Positions 21,022 through 29,662 of a DNA stretch of 64,000 bases are shown one piece after another. Source of the DNA: Candidatus Tayloriibacteriota bacterium (GTDB taxonomy: Bacteria; Patescibacteriota; Minisyncoccia; Phycocordibacterales; PALSA-1337); assembly GCA_016215455.1 (NCBI GenBank), contig JACRJP010000002.1, forward strand, positions 2,809-66,808, written 5' to 3'. Each line of letters opens with the position of its first letter. Within the stretch, counting starts at the first letter, position 1. The notes beneath the pieces were generated by a model that was not told the DNA's origin, made no database searches, and worked only from the letters and a program-made list of their open reading frames with translations. A program made the translations under genes and the position numbers.

Positions 21022-21705
21022 TTGAGTATTCCTTCATGGTCAATATTTTATACTGCTCCCATGAAAAATATAGTGGCACATGTAGTAAACTTCATTTTCC
21101 CTAATAAAATCTCACAATGTGGTCTTACCATCAATACCCTACTTACCCAAGAACGCTATTGTTTTGAAGAACTATATCCCAAGATATACAGCATATGTCG
21201 TTACAAGAACACATTAATCCGCAACTTGATTCACCAAGTAAAGTTTAAGGGCGATGAAACGACAGCAGAAATCATAGCATCGTGCATAGCGCGACACATA
21301 GACACAATACTTGAGTCGCTATTAAGAAATCACCCTCCTGATCACAGATACAAAGTTATACTCATTCCCATACCTTCGAGTCATCGACGAAGAATGTCTC
21401 GTGGATGGAATCAGTGTGAGATAATTGCACGCCATATCCCCTCATGGAGCGTGTACCGCCCTCTCGTCGCTCTTCATATTCTCAAACGTTCTGAGACCAC
21501 CTCGTTTCAGAAAAAATTATCTCGCCACGAACGTCTCCAGGCTCAGAAAAATTCATTTACTGCATTTCCTCACCACTCTACTGATGAGACCATTGTAATT
21601 GTCATTGATGACATCGTCACAACTGGTGCGACACTTAGAGAAGCAATTACAACCTTAGAAAAAGGTGGCTATAGGAATGTATTCGGTATAGCGTTTGCTC
21701 ACTAA
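21022..21705 (+). CDS. comFC: ComF family protein (phosphoribosyltransferase-domain competence protein)
   Basis: C-terminal PRTase motif VIVIDDIVTTGATL. Transcribed divergently from pilM. Confidence 0.7.
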   Translation: MSIPSWSIFYTAPMKNIVAHVVNFIFPNKISQCGLTINTLLTQERYCFEELYPKIYSICRYKNTLIRNLIHQVKFKGDETTAEIIASCIARHIDTILESLLRNHPPDHRYKVILIPIPSSHRRRMSRGWNQCEIIARHIPSWSVYRPLVALHILKRSETTSFQKKLSRHERLQAQKNSFTAFPHHSTDETIVIVIDDIVTTGATLREAITTLEKGGYRNVFGIAFAH

Positions 21706-21709
21706 ACGA

Positions 21710-23122
21710 TTACTGAACACTGTCGACAATCGAAAAATAGTCATCACTTTGATCACACTTTGATGTACCAGCTAAACACACTTCAATCTTATAGTTGCCT
21801 TTAGGGATCGGTTTATTATCAATATCGGTACCGACGATCCAGTTATAGATTGTACTAACGGCTACATTCTTATCGAGAATTGCGGCTCGATACGTACAAT
21901 CGCGTGGTGGAAGTATCGTAAGTGAAGGTGACGTTACATCAGCAGTATCACTTTGCGTTGTAACACAGAGGGATGTGTTTAGGTACAAATCCAGTTTAGT
22001 TGTCGTAGTGGCATTCGTAGGAACCCAACTTATTTGAGGAGTAGACTTGAGAACCCACTGTTCACCACCATTCGGAGACGTAAGGCGTACTGATACAGGT
22101 TTTTCAGAGGTTCGCACATTTACCGTTGTGCTTGTTTGAGTAATAAGCCCTGAAGCATTACGTACTGTAAAAACAATCTTATACACACCCGCCTTTTCAT
22201 AGCTATGTGTAAATGTTGATGTTTGTACAAAAGGTTGAGGAGTTGGATTTGCAGCCGAGGTTCGAAGAAGTGTCGGAAGCGATACTGGTTCATCACCCCA
22301 TGTGACCATATAACTTAAGCTTGTATTTTGAGGATCAGAAGCATGAACAACCCATGTTCCTAATTGATCAACACTAAGCTCTACAGGAGCATCAAGACGA
22401 TCAATTACTGGAGATTTGATTGCGGTATTTGAACTAATAGTAAAAGGTCGACTTGTTGCACATACGGTAGATGTACCATTTTGACATATCTGAATTGTGT
22501 ACACACCATCAGATGGTGGAGTACCACCTAAGTTACTGATAAAGTCACCGACACGCCAATTATACAAATGCTGATCTACACTGATATTCTGAGCAATTAC
22601 GTATGAGACATTTGGCTGACATACATATCCTTGAGGACAAGCAGGAGCAACAGGAGCAAGAATAATATGGCCATAGGTCGCACGAACGAATGCAGGGGCA
22701 TTCCAAAGAATTGTTTCGGTTGAACCTCGTTTCCAATTCTCACCACCTCGAGGAGAAGTGATCTTAAAAGACATCTCCTGAGATTCATTATTTAACTTAG
22801 CTCGAGTAAGAGGACCGACGTATCCTGTACTCGCAACACCAACCGAAGCTTGGAATTTTTCAACTGCACGTTTTGTTTGTTCACCAAAGTACCCCTTTGG
22901 AGTAGCATTTGAACTCACCGAAGGTATATCGAATCCTTGATTAATAAGAAGAGTCTGTAATTCAGCTACATCAACATTTGATGAGCCAATCGACATGTCT
23001 TTTTCAAATACATAATTTCCTGCCGATACACTTGAGGTCAAAGAAAGAATTGCAGCCACCACAAATACCGGTAATAATTTTTTCATAGTCATACAGTAAG
23101 TATACACAAAAACGAACGACAC
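21710..23122 (-). CDS. secreted protein with an N-terminal peptidoglycan-binding-like domain and internal repeats
   Basis: Signal peptide. PG_binding_1-like motif (VDVAELQTLLINQGFDI...GYFGEQTKRAVEKFQ). Contains a repeated ~40-aa module (YNWRVGDF...YTIQICQNGTS and YNWIVGTD...YKIEVCLAGTS). Confidence 0.6.
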   Translation of the reverse strand: MSFVFVYTYCMTMKKLLPVFVVAAILSLTSSVSAGNYVFEKDMSIGSSNVDVAELQTLLINQGFDIPSVSSNATPKGYFGEQTKRAVEKFQASVGVASTGYVGPLTRAKLNNESQEMSFKITSPRGGENWKRGSTETILWNAPAFVRATYGHIILAPVAPACPQGYVCQPNVSYVIAQNISVDQHLYNWRVGDFISNLGGTPPSDGVYTIQICQNGTSTVCATSRPFTISSNTAIKSPVIDRLDAPVELSVDQLGTWVVHASDPQNTSLSYMVTWGDEPVSLPTLLRTSAANPTPQPFVQTSTFTHSYEKAGVYKIVFTVRNASGLITQTSTTVNVRTSEKPVSVRLTSPNGGEQWVLKSTPQISWVPTNATTTTKLDLYLNTSLCVTTQSDTADVTSPSLTILPPRDCTYRAAILDKNVAVSTIYNWIVGTDIDNKPIPKGNYKIEVCLAGTSKCDQSDDYFSIVDSVQ

Positions 23123-23185
23123 ACATATTTTCTACTTCCCCACTTTTTCATACAAAGACCGAACATTCGAGTCTCATTTCTTTAA

Positions 23186-23274
23186 GGCGGAGAGAGCGAG
23201 ATTCGAACTCGCGGTTCCAATTAAGGAACGGCGGTTTAGTAAACCGCTGGTTTAAACCACTCACCCATCTCTCC
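23186..23274 (-). tRNA. class II (long variable arm) Ser-like tRNA; the anticodon reads ACT by my parse
   Basis: Acceptor GGAGAGA/TCTCTCC with discriminator G. Anticodon stem GCGGT/ACCGC with loop TTACTAA. Variable arm GTTCC-TTAATT-GGAAC. T-arm GCGAG TTCGAAT CTCGC. A partial CC 3' end is encoded. Confidence 0.6.
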
Positions 23275-23347
23275 ATGTACGCTATCCTACAACATACTGA
23301 GATTTTTTGCGATAGTACATGAGTACAATCAACCAAAATAAAAACCA

Positions 23348-23384
23348 CCTCATCAATGATGAAGTGGTTTTTATTTGACTTACA
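23348..23384. terminator. rho-independent terminator downstream of the SWIB gene
   Basis: Stem of about 14 bp (AAAACCACCTCATCA / TGATGAAGTGGTTTT, one mismatch) followed by TTTTTATTT. Confidence 0.55.
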
Positions 23385-23390
23385 ACTTAT

Positions 23391-23639
23391 TTATGAAAGG
23401 TGTCCAGAAACAAGCTTTGTCATTTCAAACATGTTTACCATAGACTTTCCTCCAAAAACTTTCTTAAGCTTTTCATCAGCATTGATGTTTCGCTTATTCT
23501 TTTCGTCCTGGAGCTTATTTTCCTTGATGTAAACCCAGATCTGCTTAACTACCTCACCTCGTGACATAGGTCCTGCACCGATAACAGCCGCTAATTCCGG
23601 ACTGATCTTCATTGGCTTCGAAAGTGCTGCATTTGGCAT
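23391..23639 (-). CDS. SWIB/MDM2-domain protein
   Basis: LSPELAAVIG...MSRGEVVKQIWVYIKENKLQDEKNKRNINADEKLKKVFG...MFEMTKLVSGHL tracks the SWIB consensus closely. I trimmed the start to the internal ATG at 23639. Confidence 0.7.
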   Translation of the reverse strand: MPNAALSKPMKISPELAAVIGAGPMSRGEVVKQIWVYIKENKLQDEKNKRNINADEKLKKVFGGKSMVNMFEMTKLVSGHLS

Positions 23640-23761
23640 TGTCTTTATGATATTTACTTGTATGGGGTATAGTATAGCGCTTTTAAGGGATTTTGGAAGG
23701 AGGGCAAATAAACTACTCAATATCCAGACCTGAAGTTAAGATGTACGGACCATAACTCTAC

Positions 23762-24190
23762 CTACGCATCCCAATAATTCTTACCGGTCTTGTATGCTTC
23801 TATATAACTAGGAATTGAACTAAAGAGTGGCTCGGGTAATTCATTGATATCATACCAATTCCATTCTTCAATTTTTTCTGGTTCCATAATCTCCGGTTCA
23901 CCGCTTTTCCAATCTGCAATGAGACCAATATCTACGTAGTGTTTTGGTGCATACGTTTTGAGATTCATGAGTCGTAGAAAACGAACATTGTGAATCTGTA
24001 TTCCAGTCTCTTCTAGAGTCTCTCGCTTAGCACAGTCTTGAAAGGATTCCATATACTCCATATGACCGCCCGGCCAAGCATACTCTCCTTCTCCGTGAGA
24101 ACCCTTACGTTTTCCGAGCAAGACCTTGTTATCTTTAATAATCATTACACCAATACCAACTTTTGGTCTTTCCTCGTGTGACATAGTCAA
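23762..24190 (-). CDS. NUDIX hydrolase
   Basis: Nudix box GGHMEYMESFQDCAKRETLEETGI. Confidence 0.8.
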   Translation of the reverse strand: MTMSHEERPKVGIGVMIIKDNKVLLGKRKGSHGEGEYAWPGGHMEYMESFQDCAKRETLEETGIQIHNVRFLRLMNLKTYAPKHYVDIGLIADWKSGEPEIMEPEKIEEWNWYDINELPEPLFSSIPSYIEAYKTGKNYWDA

Positions 24191-24255
24191 ATTATAACCT
24201 AATCACTATTTCTTAGATACTTGAATCTACCAATAACAACCACCTCATCTTTAAT

Positions 24256-24882
24256 TTAACAAATATACTCACATCTAAGGATTTCCATAGCATCCTGGAC
24301 CTGACCAAACAGTGGAAACAGTCCCTGTCGTTTTGGCTCCTTCTGTTCCAGGTGGAATATCAATATTCGCAGCAGCTGAAGAAACACCGATGCTTGTTCT
24401 GCCACTACTACCAATACAAAAAATCCGTTTTTCCCTGGGAGATAGGCCATAATTGACCAAACTTTTGTGGAGTCCCAGTTTGTTCCATTCACTCCATTAT
24501 ATAAAATATCATTTCGTACTGATCCAACTGTATTTACAATACTCTTACACAAATCTATACCCTGGTTTGCAAAATTTGAAGCTGAAGATACAAATGGAGA
24601 TACTGTCGTATCAACTGATGTCTCTCCAGTACAAAGACGATACCCACTACCAACACCTGTTGTATTCCTCCATGCTCCCCGATTAAAATTTGAGTATGTA
24701 TTTTTTTCTGAAAACTCTAGAGCATGGAGGGTTGCTAATTGTCTCACTTCTTGCATAATTTTTGCATCTTTTGCTTTATCACGAGCCGAGTTCAGACCTG
24801 CAAGGACTATACTACTAAACAGTCCGATGATTGATATAACTACCAATAATTCGATGAGAGTAAAACCTTTGTTTAAATTCAT
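24256..24882 (-). CDS. prepilin-type protein, probably frameshifted near 24418-24432
   Basis: N-terminus KGFTLIELLVVISIIGLFSSIVLAGL. The last ~55 aa of the main frame look non-proteinaceous. An alternative frame (ORF 24275..24460) encodes a pilin-like Gly/Thr-rich tail with a Cys pair. Confidence 0.55.
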   Translation of the reverse strand: MNLNKGFTLIELLVVISIIGLFSSIVLAGLNSARDKAKDAKIMQEVRQLATLHALEFSEKNTYSNFNRGAWRNTTGVGSGYRLCTGETSVDTTVSPFVSSASNFANQGIDLCKSIVNTVGSVRNDILYNGVNGTNWDSTKVWSIMAYLPGKNGFFVLVVVAEQASVFLQLLRILIFHLEQKEPKRQGLFPLFGQVQDAMEILRCEYIC

Positions 24883-24930
24883 TCTAAAATTGTAACATAC
24901 TAAATACTACATCTGTATCATTTTGGATAA

Positions 24931-25545
24931 TTAAAGTGAAGTGTGTAGGTTGGAAGCATAAATATCAAACGTCATAATATTATCGCTATAATTGACATGT
25001 TTACTAATTTTGCTTCCTTCTGTCACAATAACATCTTTAAATATTCCTTTTAGTAATTTCTCTATTTGTTCTATCGGGTATGAGTATCTCGGTACATCAA
25101 TTTCTTTCCTATTGAAAATCCCACCCTTAGTATTGTAGCTAAGCAACAGGAATCCATCTGACCTAAGTCCTTCTTTTATTTTTTGAATAAGGAAAGATAA
25201 TTCCTCTGGATTAAGATACTGGATTACTCTTGAGACAATAATTGCCTGATATTGTGAAGCTTTATAGTGATATTCAAGGATATCTGATTTTTGAAAATAG
25301 ATTTTGTTTTGTAAATGAATTGGTAGTTTTTCTTTCCACTTTAAATCTGTCACATCGAAACATGCTATTTCACATCCTCGCTCAGCAAGAAAAATCGAGT
25401 TTCTTCCACTTCCACAGCCGACGTCAAGTACCCAATCTCCTGGCTGTAGTCTACCTATATATTTTGAAACCAAAATACTTGGAATGAGTGTTTTAATCTC
25501 AAATTTCTTCTCTTTCCACACTTGTTCCCACTTGTGTTTTTTCAT
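24931..25545 (-). CDS. class I SAM-dependent methyltransferase
   Basis: Motif I LDVGCGSGRNSIFLAERG plus an acidic-loop motif. Confidence 0.75.
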   Translation of the reverse strand: MKKHKWEQVWKEKKFEIKTLIPSILVSKYIGRLQPGDWVLDVGCGSGRNSIFLAERGCEIACFDVTDLKWKEKLPIHLQNKIYFQKSDILEYHYKASQYQAIIVSRVIQYLNPEELSFLIQKIKEGLRSDGFLLLSYNTKGGIFNRKEIDVPRYSYPIEQIEKLLKGIFKDVIVTEGSKISKHVNYSDNIMTFDIYASNLHTSL

Positions 25546-25585
25546 ACGAAATTAGGTACCCGGATCATGTCGATACTTTATTTTT

Positions 25586-25675
25586 TGGCGGAATCGGAGG
25601 GATTCGAACCCTCGAGACCTGTTAGGGCCTGCCTCTTTAGCAAAGAGGTATGTTAGACCACTCCACCACGATTCC
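25586..25675 (-). tRNA. tRNA-Ser (anticodon GCT), class II, CCA encoded
   Basis: Acceptor GGAATCG/CGATTCC with discriminator G. Anticodon stem CCTCT/AGAGG with loop TTGCTAA. Long variable arm. T-loop TTCGAAT. 3' CCA present. Confidence 0.85.
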
Positions 25676-26561
25676 AGATGAACGCATTCTTGCATATTTT
25701 GCCCTTTTTATCAAAAATAAGGCTATACTCAATACCGTGAAAAATTCTACCTTTATCAAAAAAATTTGGGATTACTCTGCTCAACATCGTCGTGATATGA
25801 GTTGGAGAAAAAACATTACCCCATATCGTATTGTTGTCTCTGAAATCATGCTGCAACAAACTCAAGCTGATCGAGTTGCTAAAAAGTTTGATGGATTTAT
25901 TCGACGTTTCCCTTCATGGAAAGCTCTTGCACTTGCTCCAACTAAAGATGTTCTCGAGGAATGGCAAGGACTCGGATATAATAGACGTGCACTCAATCTA
26001 CAAAAATGCGCACGTGCTGTTGTAGAGCAACATAAAGGTAAACTTCCCCAAACACCCGAAGAACTCATCGAACTTCCAAGTATCGGACCGAATACTGCTG
26101 GTTCGATCCTAGCCTTTGCATTCAACATTCCCCACCCTTTTATAGAAACAAATATTCGTTCGGTATATATCCATCATTTCTTTAGCAAGAAATCTACAAC
26201 TACAAAAATATCTGACAAAGAAATTCTTCAAAAGGTTACCGAAACACTCGATCAAGAAAACCCTCGAGAATGGTACTACGCTCTCATGGACTATGGTACT
26301 CATCTCAAAAAACTACACATAAATCCAAGTCGTAAGAGTAAGCATCACAAATCCCAATCAAAATTTAAAGGTTCGCATCGAGAATTACGCGCGCACATCC
26401 TTAAATTACTCATTAAAGAACCCTATTCATATACCAATCTCATCACCACCCTTCAGACATGGAGAAAAACTTTATCAATCGATGAATCCGAGCTTGCAAT
26501 TTCAGAACTTGAACAAGAAGGTTTTATTATGTTAAATAAAAATTTATATACTATCGTCTAG
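25650..26561 (+). CDS. HhH-GPD DNA glycosylase (MutY/Nth-like); the C-terminus has no 4Fe-4S cysteine cluster; the start is probably downstream of 25675
   Basis: LQQTQADRV..., the HhH-GPD motif LPSIGPNTAGSILAFAF and a catalytic-Asp context. The first ATG overlaps tRNA-Ser on the opposite strand. Confidence 0.75.
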   Translation: MLDHSTTIPDERILAYFALFIKNKAILNTVKNSTFIKKIWDYSAQHRRDMSWRKNITPYRIVVSEIMLQQTQADRVAKKFDGFIRRFPSWKALALAPTKDVLEEWQGLGYNRRALNLQKCARAVVEQHKGKLPQTPEELIELPSIGPNTAGSILAFAFNIPHPFIETNIRSVYIHHFFSKKSTTTKISDKEILQKVTETLDQENPREWYYALMDYGTHLKKLHINPSRKSKHHKSQSKFKGSHRELRAHILKLLIKEPYSYTNLITTLQTWRKTLSIDESELAISELEQEGFIMLNKNLYTIV

Positions 26562-26583
26562 AGAAATAACGTATAATGGGAAC

Positions 26584-27195
26584 ATGTCACCAACAATCAA
26601 ACAGCACAAGGTAGGTATCGCTGCTTTAGTCTTACTCCTTATTCTCGGATGTATATATGTAAGTCTACGTGATACAGCACAAAACAACGCGGTCTTCTGT
26701 ACTATGGATGCAAAGCAGTGTCCTGATGGTTCATACGTCGGTCGTGTTGGACCTTCGTGTGAATTCTCTCCTTGTCCTACCCCACCTCAAGTAACACAAA
26801 AGAAGATCGAGGCCGTACACCTTTCGGATGTTGTACCTGTCGCGACATCGTCTCTTCAAATATTTACTCCGGTACAACTCCCTAAAGCATCAGCAACAGT
26901 TCGCTATAGTGAGTTGGGTTTTCTTGCAGCTACAACAACTATCAAGCAATATCAAACTGTTGATTTTATTAATACATCAAATCATTCATTCTGGCCCGCT
27001 TCAAATGATCATCCTGGCCACACACTCTATCCAGAATTTGATGCACGTACCCCTATCACCACAGGAAACAAATTCACCTTCACCTTCAATGTTCCAGGTG
27101 TATGGAATTATCACAACCACCTCAAACCATCACAACACGGTGTCATTATTGTCACCCCTGTTCCAACAGCAACAAGTACAGGTGGCACCCTCTAA
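26584..27195 (+). CDS. hypothetical signal-anchored protein (possibly a cupredoxin-like beta domain)
   Basis: N-terminal TM helix followed by a His-rich beta-type C-terminal segment (HPGHTLYPEFD...NYHNHLKPSQHGVIIV). No defining motif. Confidence 0.45.
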   Translation: MSPTIKQHKVGIAALVLLLILGCIYVSLRDTAQNNAVFCTMDAKQCPDGSYVGRVGPSCEFSPCPTPPQVTQKKIEAVHLSDVVPVATSSLQIFTPVQLPKASATVRYSELGFLAATTTIKQYQTVDFINTSNHSFWPASNDHPGHTLYPEFDARTPITTGNKFTFTFNVPGVWNYHNHLKPSQHGVIIVTPVPTATSTGGTL

Positions 27196-27204
27196 CATTA
27201 CCCT

Positions 27205-29445
27205 ATGACATTCGAGACTCCTCTTCAGGACATCGTTCGTACTACGGAAGTCCAGAAGAAGGCTTTGGCTCGACTTGGTATTATCACTATTCGTGATATT
27301 CTCTATCACTTCCCTGTACGCTATGGTAATACATCTGAGACACAAAACATCGCCTCTCTAACAAAAAGCATTCCTGCTGTTATTTTTGGAAAAATATCCT
27401 CACTCAAAACAAGTAAAGGATTTCGATCAAAAATCCCAATGTCGACAGCGACCATTACCGATGATAGCGGGAGTATCAAAGTAGTATGGTTCAACCAACC
27501 CTACATTGCAAAGATGATAGCCGACAACAGTCTAGTACGTATTGAAGGTAAAGTAAGTCAACGACGACCTAAGGCACGTACATCGACTAATGAAACAGAA
27601 GATGTGGTCGAAGCACCTCAAGGTGAACTATATTTTTCAAACCCGAAAATAGAAAAGGTTGATACCGTACCAATTGGAGTTGGAGCATCACTGTTTGGTG
27701 ATCAAAGCATCGAACACACTCTCTATCCTGTATACCCAGAAACAAAAGGTATTACTTCAAATTGGCTCTACCATGCCCTGCAGAGAGTTTTGAAAACGGG
27801 AGTTCTCGAAACACTCACTGACCCTATTCCTGACGATATTCTTAAAAAATATAACCTCCCATCAATTACCACAGCATTCATTTGGATTCACACACCACTC
27901 AAGGAAAGTGATGCACTTGCCGCACGTAAACGTTTTGCATTTGAAGAAGTCTTTTTTATACAACTCGAAAAACAGCGGGCTCGAGCAGAGTATCAACAAA
28001 CAAAAGCATTCATCATTACACCCGATCAAAAACATGTTGATGATTTCATCAAACGGTTTCCCTTTGATGCAACCGATGCACAGAGAAAAGCAATTCACAC
28101 TATTGTTGCTGATTTCAAAAAAGGCTATGCCATGTCACGACTCCTTGAAGGTGATGTAGGATCAGGTAAAACAGCTGTTGCAGCAGCAACCGTTCATAGT
28201 GTTGCAACAACTCGTCCTAAGGGACAAAATTTTGGTAGTCTTCAAACAGCATACATGTGCCCCACTGAAATACTTGCAACTCAACATTTTGAATCATTTA
28301 TTCAATATTTTTCATATCTTGGTATTAATATTGGACTCATGACAGGTTCAGGGTGTCGTAAGTTTCCTTCAAAAATAAATCCAAAGGGTTGGACAAATAT
28401 TTCTCGTGCACAATTACTCAAATGGGTCGCTAATGGCGAGATTCCAATCCTCATTGGAACTCATGCACTCATCCAAAAAACAGTGAAGTTTAAAAACCTT
28501 GCATACGTCATCATTGATGAACAACATCGTTTTGGTACCGCACAACGTGCAAAATTAGTACGCAAAGATACTGATGGTCAGACTCGTGCACCTCACCTTC
28601 TTTCAATGACCGCAACCCCTATTCCTCGTACATTGGCCCTCACTGTATACGGAGACCTCGATCTCACCCTTCTTGATGTCATGCCCCATGGTCGTAAACC
28701 AATTATTACAGAAATCGTCGCCCCAAATACCGATCGAAAAGAAGTGTATGAAAAAGTACGCGCGCAACTCCGCGAAGGTCGACAAGCATATATTATTTGT
28801 CCACGTATCGATGAACCTGATCCTGACAAAGAATTACGAGTTGAAGCTCGATCAGTCACTGAGGAAGCAAAGCGACTCAAAAAAGAAGTCTTCAAGGAAT
28901 ATGAGATTGGAATTCTTCATAGCAAAATGACTCCTGCTGAAAAAGATAAAGCTATGATGGCATTCAAAAATGGTAAGACTCATATTCTCTGTGCAACATC
29001 TGTCGTTGAAGTTGGTGTGAATGTTCCTAATGCCAATACCATCATCATTGAAGGTGGTGAACGATTTGGTCTTGCTCAACTACATCAACTCCGTGGACGT
29101 GTCATTCGAGGAAATCATCAGCCCTACTGTTTTGTGTTTGCAGAAAGTATGAGTGATAAGACTCGTGATCGTCTCACTGCATTGAAGACTGCTAAAAATG
29201 GTTTCGAACTAGCCGAATATGACCTACAGTTCCGTGGTGCTGGAGTTTTGTACAGTGGTAAACAATGGGGTATCTCAGATGTTGCTATGGAAGCCCTCAA
29301 AAATATTAAAATGGTAGAAGCAGCACGATTCGAAGCAACAACCATTATCGAATCAGAAAAAACACCTGATAGTGCACTCGCTCTCTTCCCCTTCATTAAA
29401 GCTGAACTCGCACGTCGTGCCAACGATCAGATTCACTTTGAGTAA
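27205..29445 (+). CDS. recG: ATP-dependent DNA helicase RecG
   Basis: 746 aa. N-terminal wedge/OB domain, helicase motif I DVGSGKTAVAAA, motif II IIDEQHRFG, motif VI QLRGRVIRG. Confidence 0.9.
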   Translation: MTFETPLQDIVRTTEVQKKALARLGIITIRDILYHFPVRYGNTSETQNIASLTKSIPAVIFGKISSLKTSKGFRSKIPMSTATITDDSGSIKVVWFNQPYIAKMIADNSLVRIEGKVSQRRPKARTSTNETEDVVEAPQGELYFSNPKIEKVDTVPIGVGASLFGDQSIEHTLYPVYPETKGITSNWLYHALQRVLKTGVLETLTDPIPDDILKKYNLPSITTAFIWIHTPLKESDALAARKRFAFEEVFFIQLEKQRARAEYQQTKAFIITPDQKHVDDFIKRFPFDATDAQRKAIHTIVADFKKGYAMSRLLEGDVGSGKTAVAAATVHSVATTRPKGQNFGSLQTAYMCPTEILATQHFESFIQYFSYLGINIGLMTGSGCRKFPSKINPKGWTNISRAQLLKWVANGEIPILIGTHALIQKTVKFKNLAYVIIDEQHRFGTAQRAKLVRKDTDGQTRAPHLLSMTATPIPRTLALTVYGDLDLTLLDVMPHGRKPIITEIVAPNTDRKEVYEKVRAQLREGRQAYIICPRIDEPDPDKELRVEARSVTEEAKRLKKEVFKEYEIGILHSKMTPAEKDKAMMAFKNGKTHILCATSVVEVGVNVPNANTIIIEGGERFGLAQLHQLRGRVIRGNHQPYCFVFAESMSDKTRDRLTALKTAKNGFELAEYDLQFRGAGVLYSGKQWGISDVAMEALKNIKMVEAARFEATTIIESEKTPDSALALFPFIKAELARRANDQIHFE

Positions 29446-29449
29446 ATTG

Positions 29450-29523
29450 TGCGCCTGCTTGGATTCGAACCAAGGACCCCAAAGGTATAAGCTTTGTGCT
29501 CTAACCAACTGAGCTACAGGCGC
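29450..29523 (-). tRNA. tRNA-Ile (anticodon TAT, reads AUA)
   Basis: Cloverleaf GCGCCTG..CAGGCGC+A. Anticodon stem CAAAG/CTTTG with loop CTTATAC. T-loop TTCGAAT. Confidence 0.8.
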
Positions 29524-29662
29524 ATATTAAATTTTGCAAACTAACTAATACAACCACAATACTAGTTGAAATTTAACTAAACATCAACTCATTCTACAGT
29601 AGACTTGATTATATTGATAATATGTGGTACGGTATTTTCAGTCCCTCATTTACAGGAAGATT

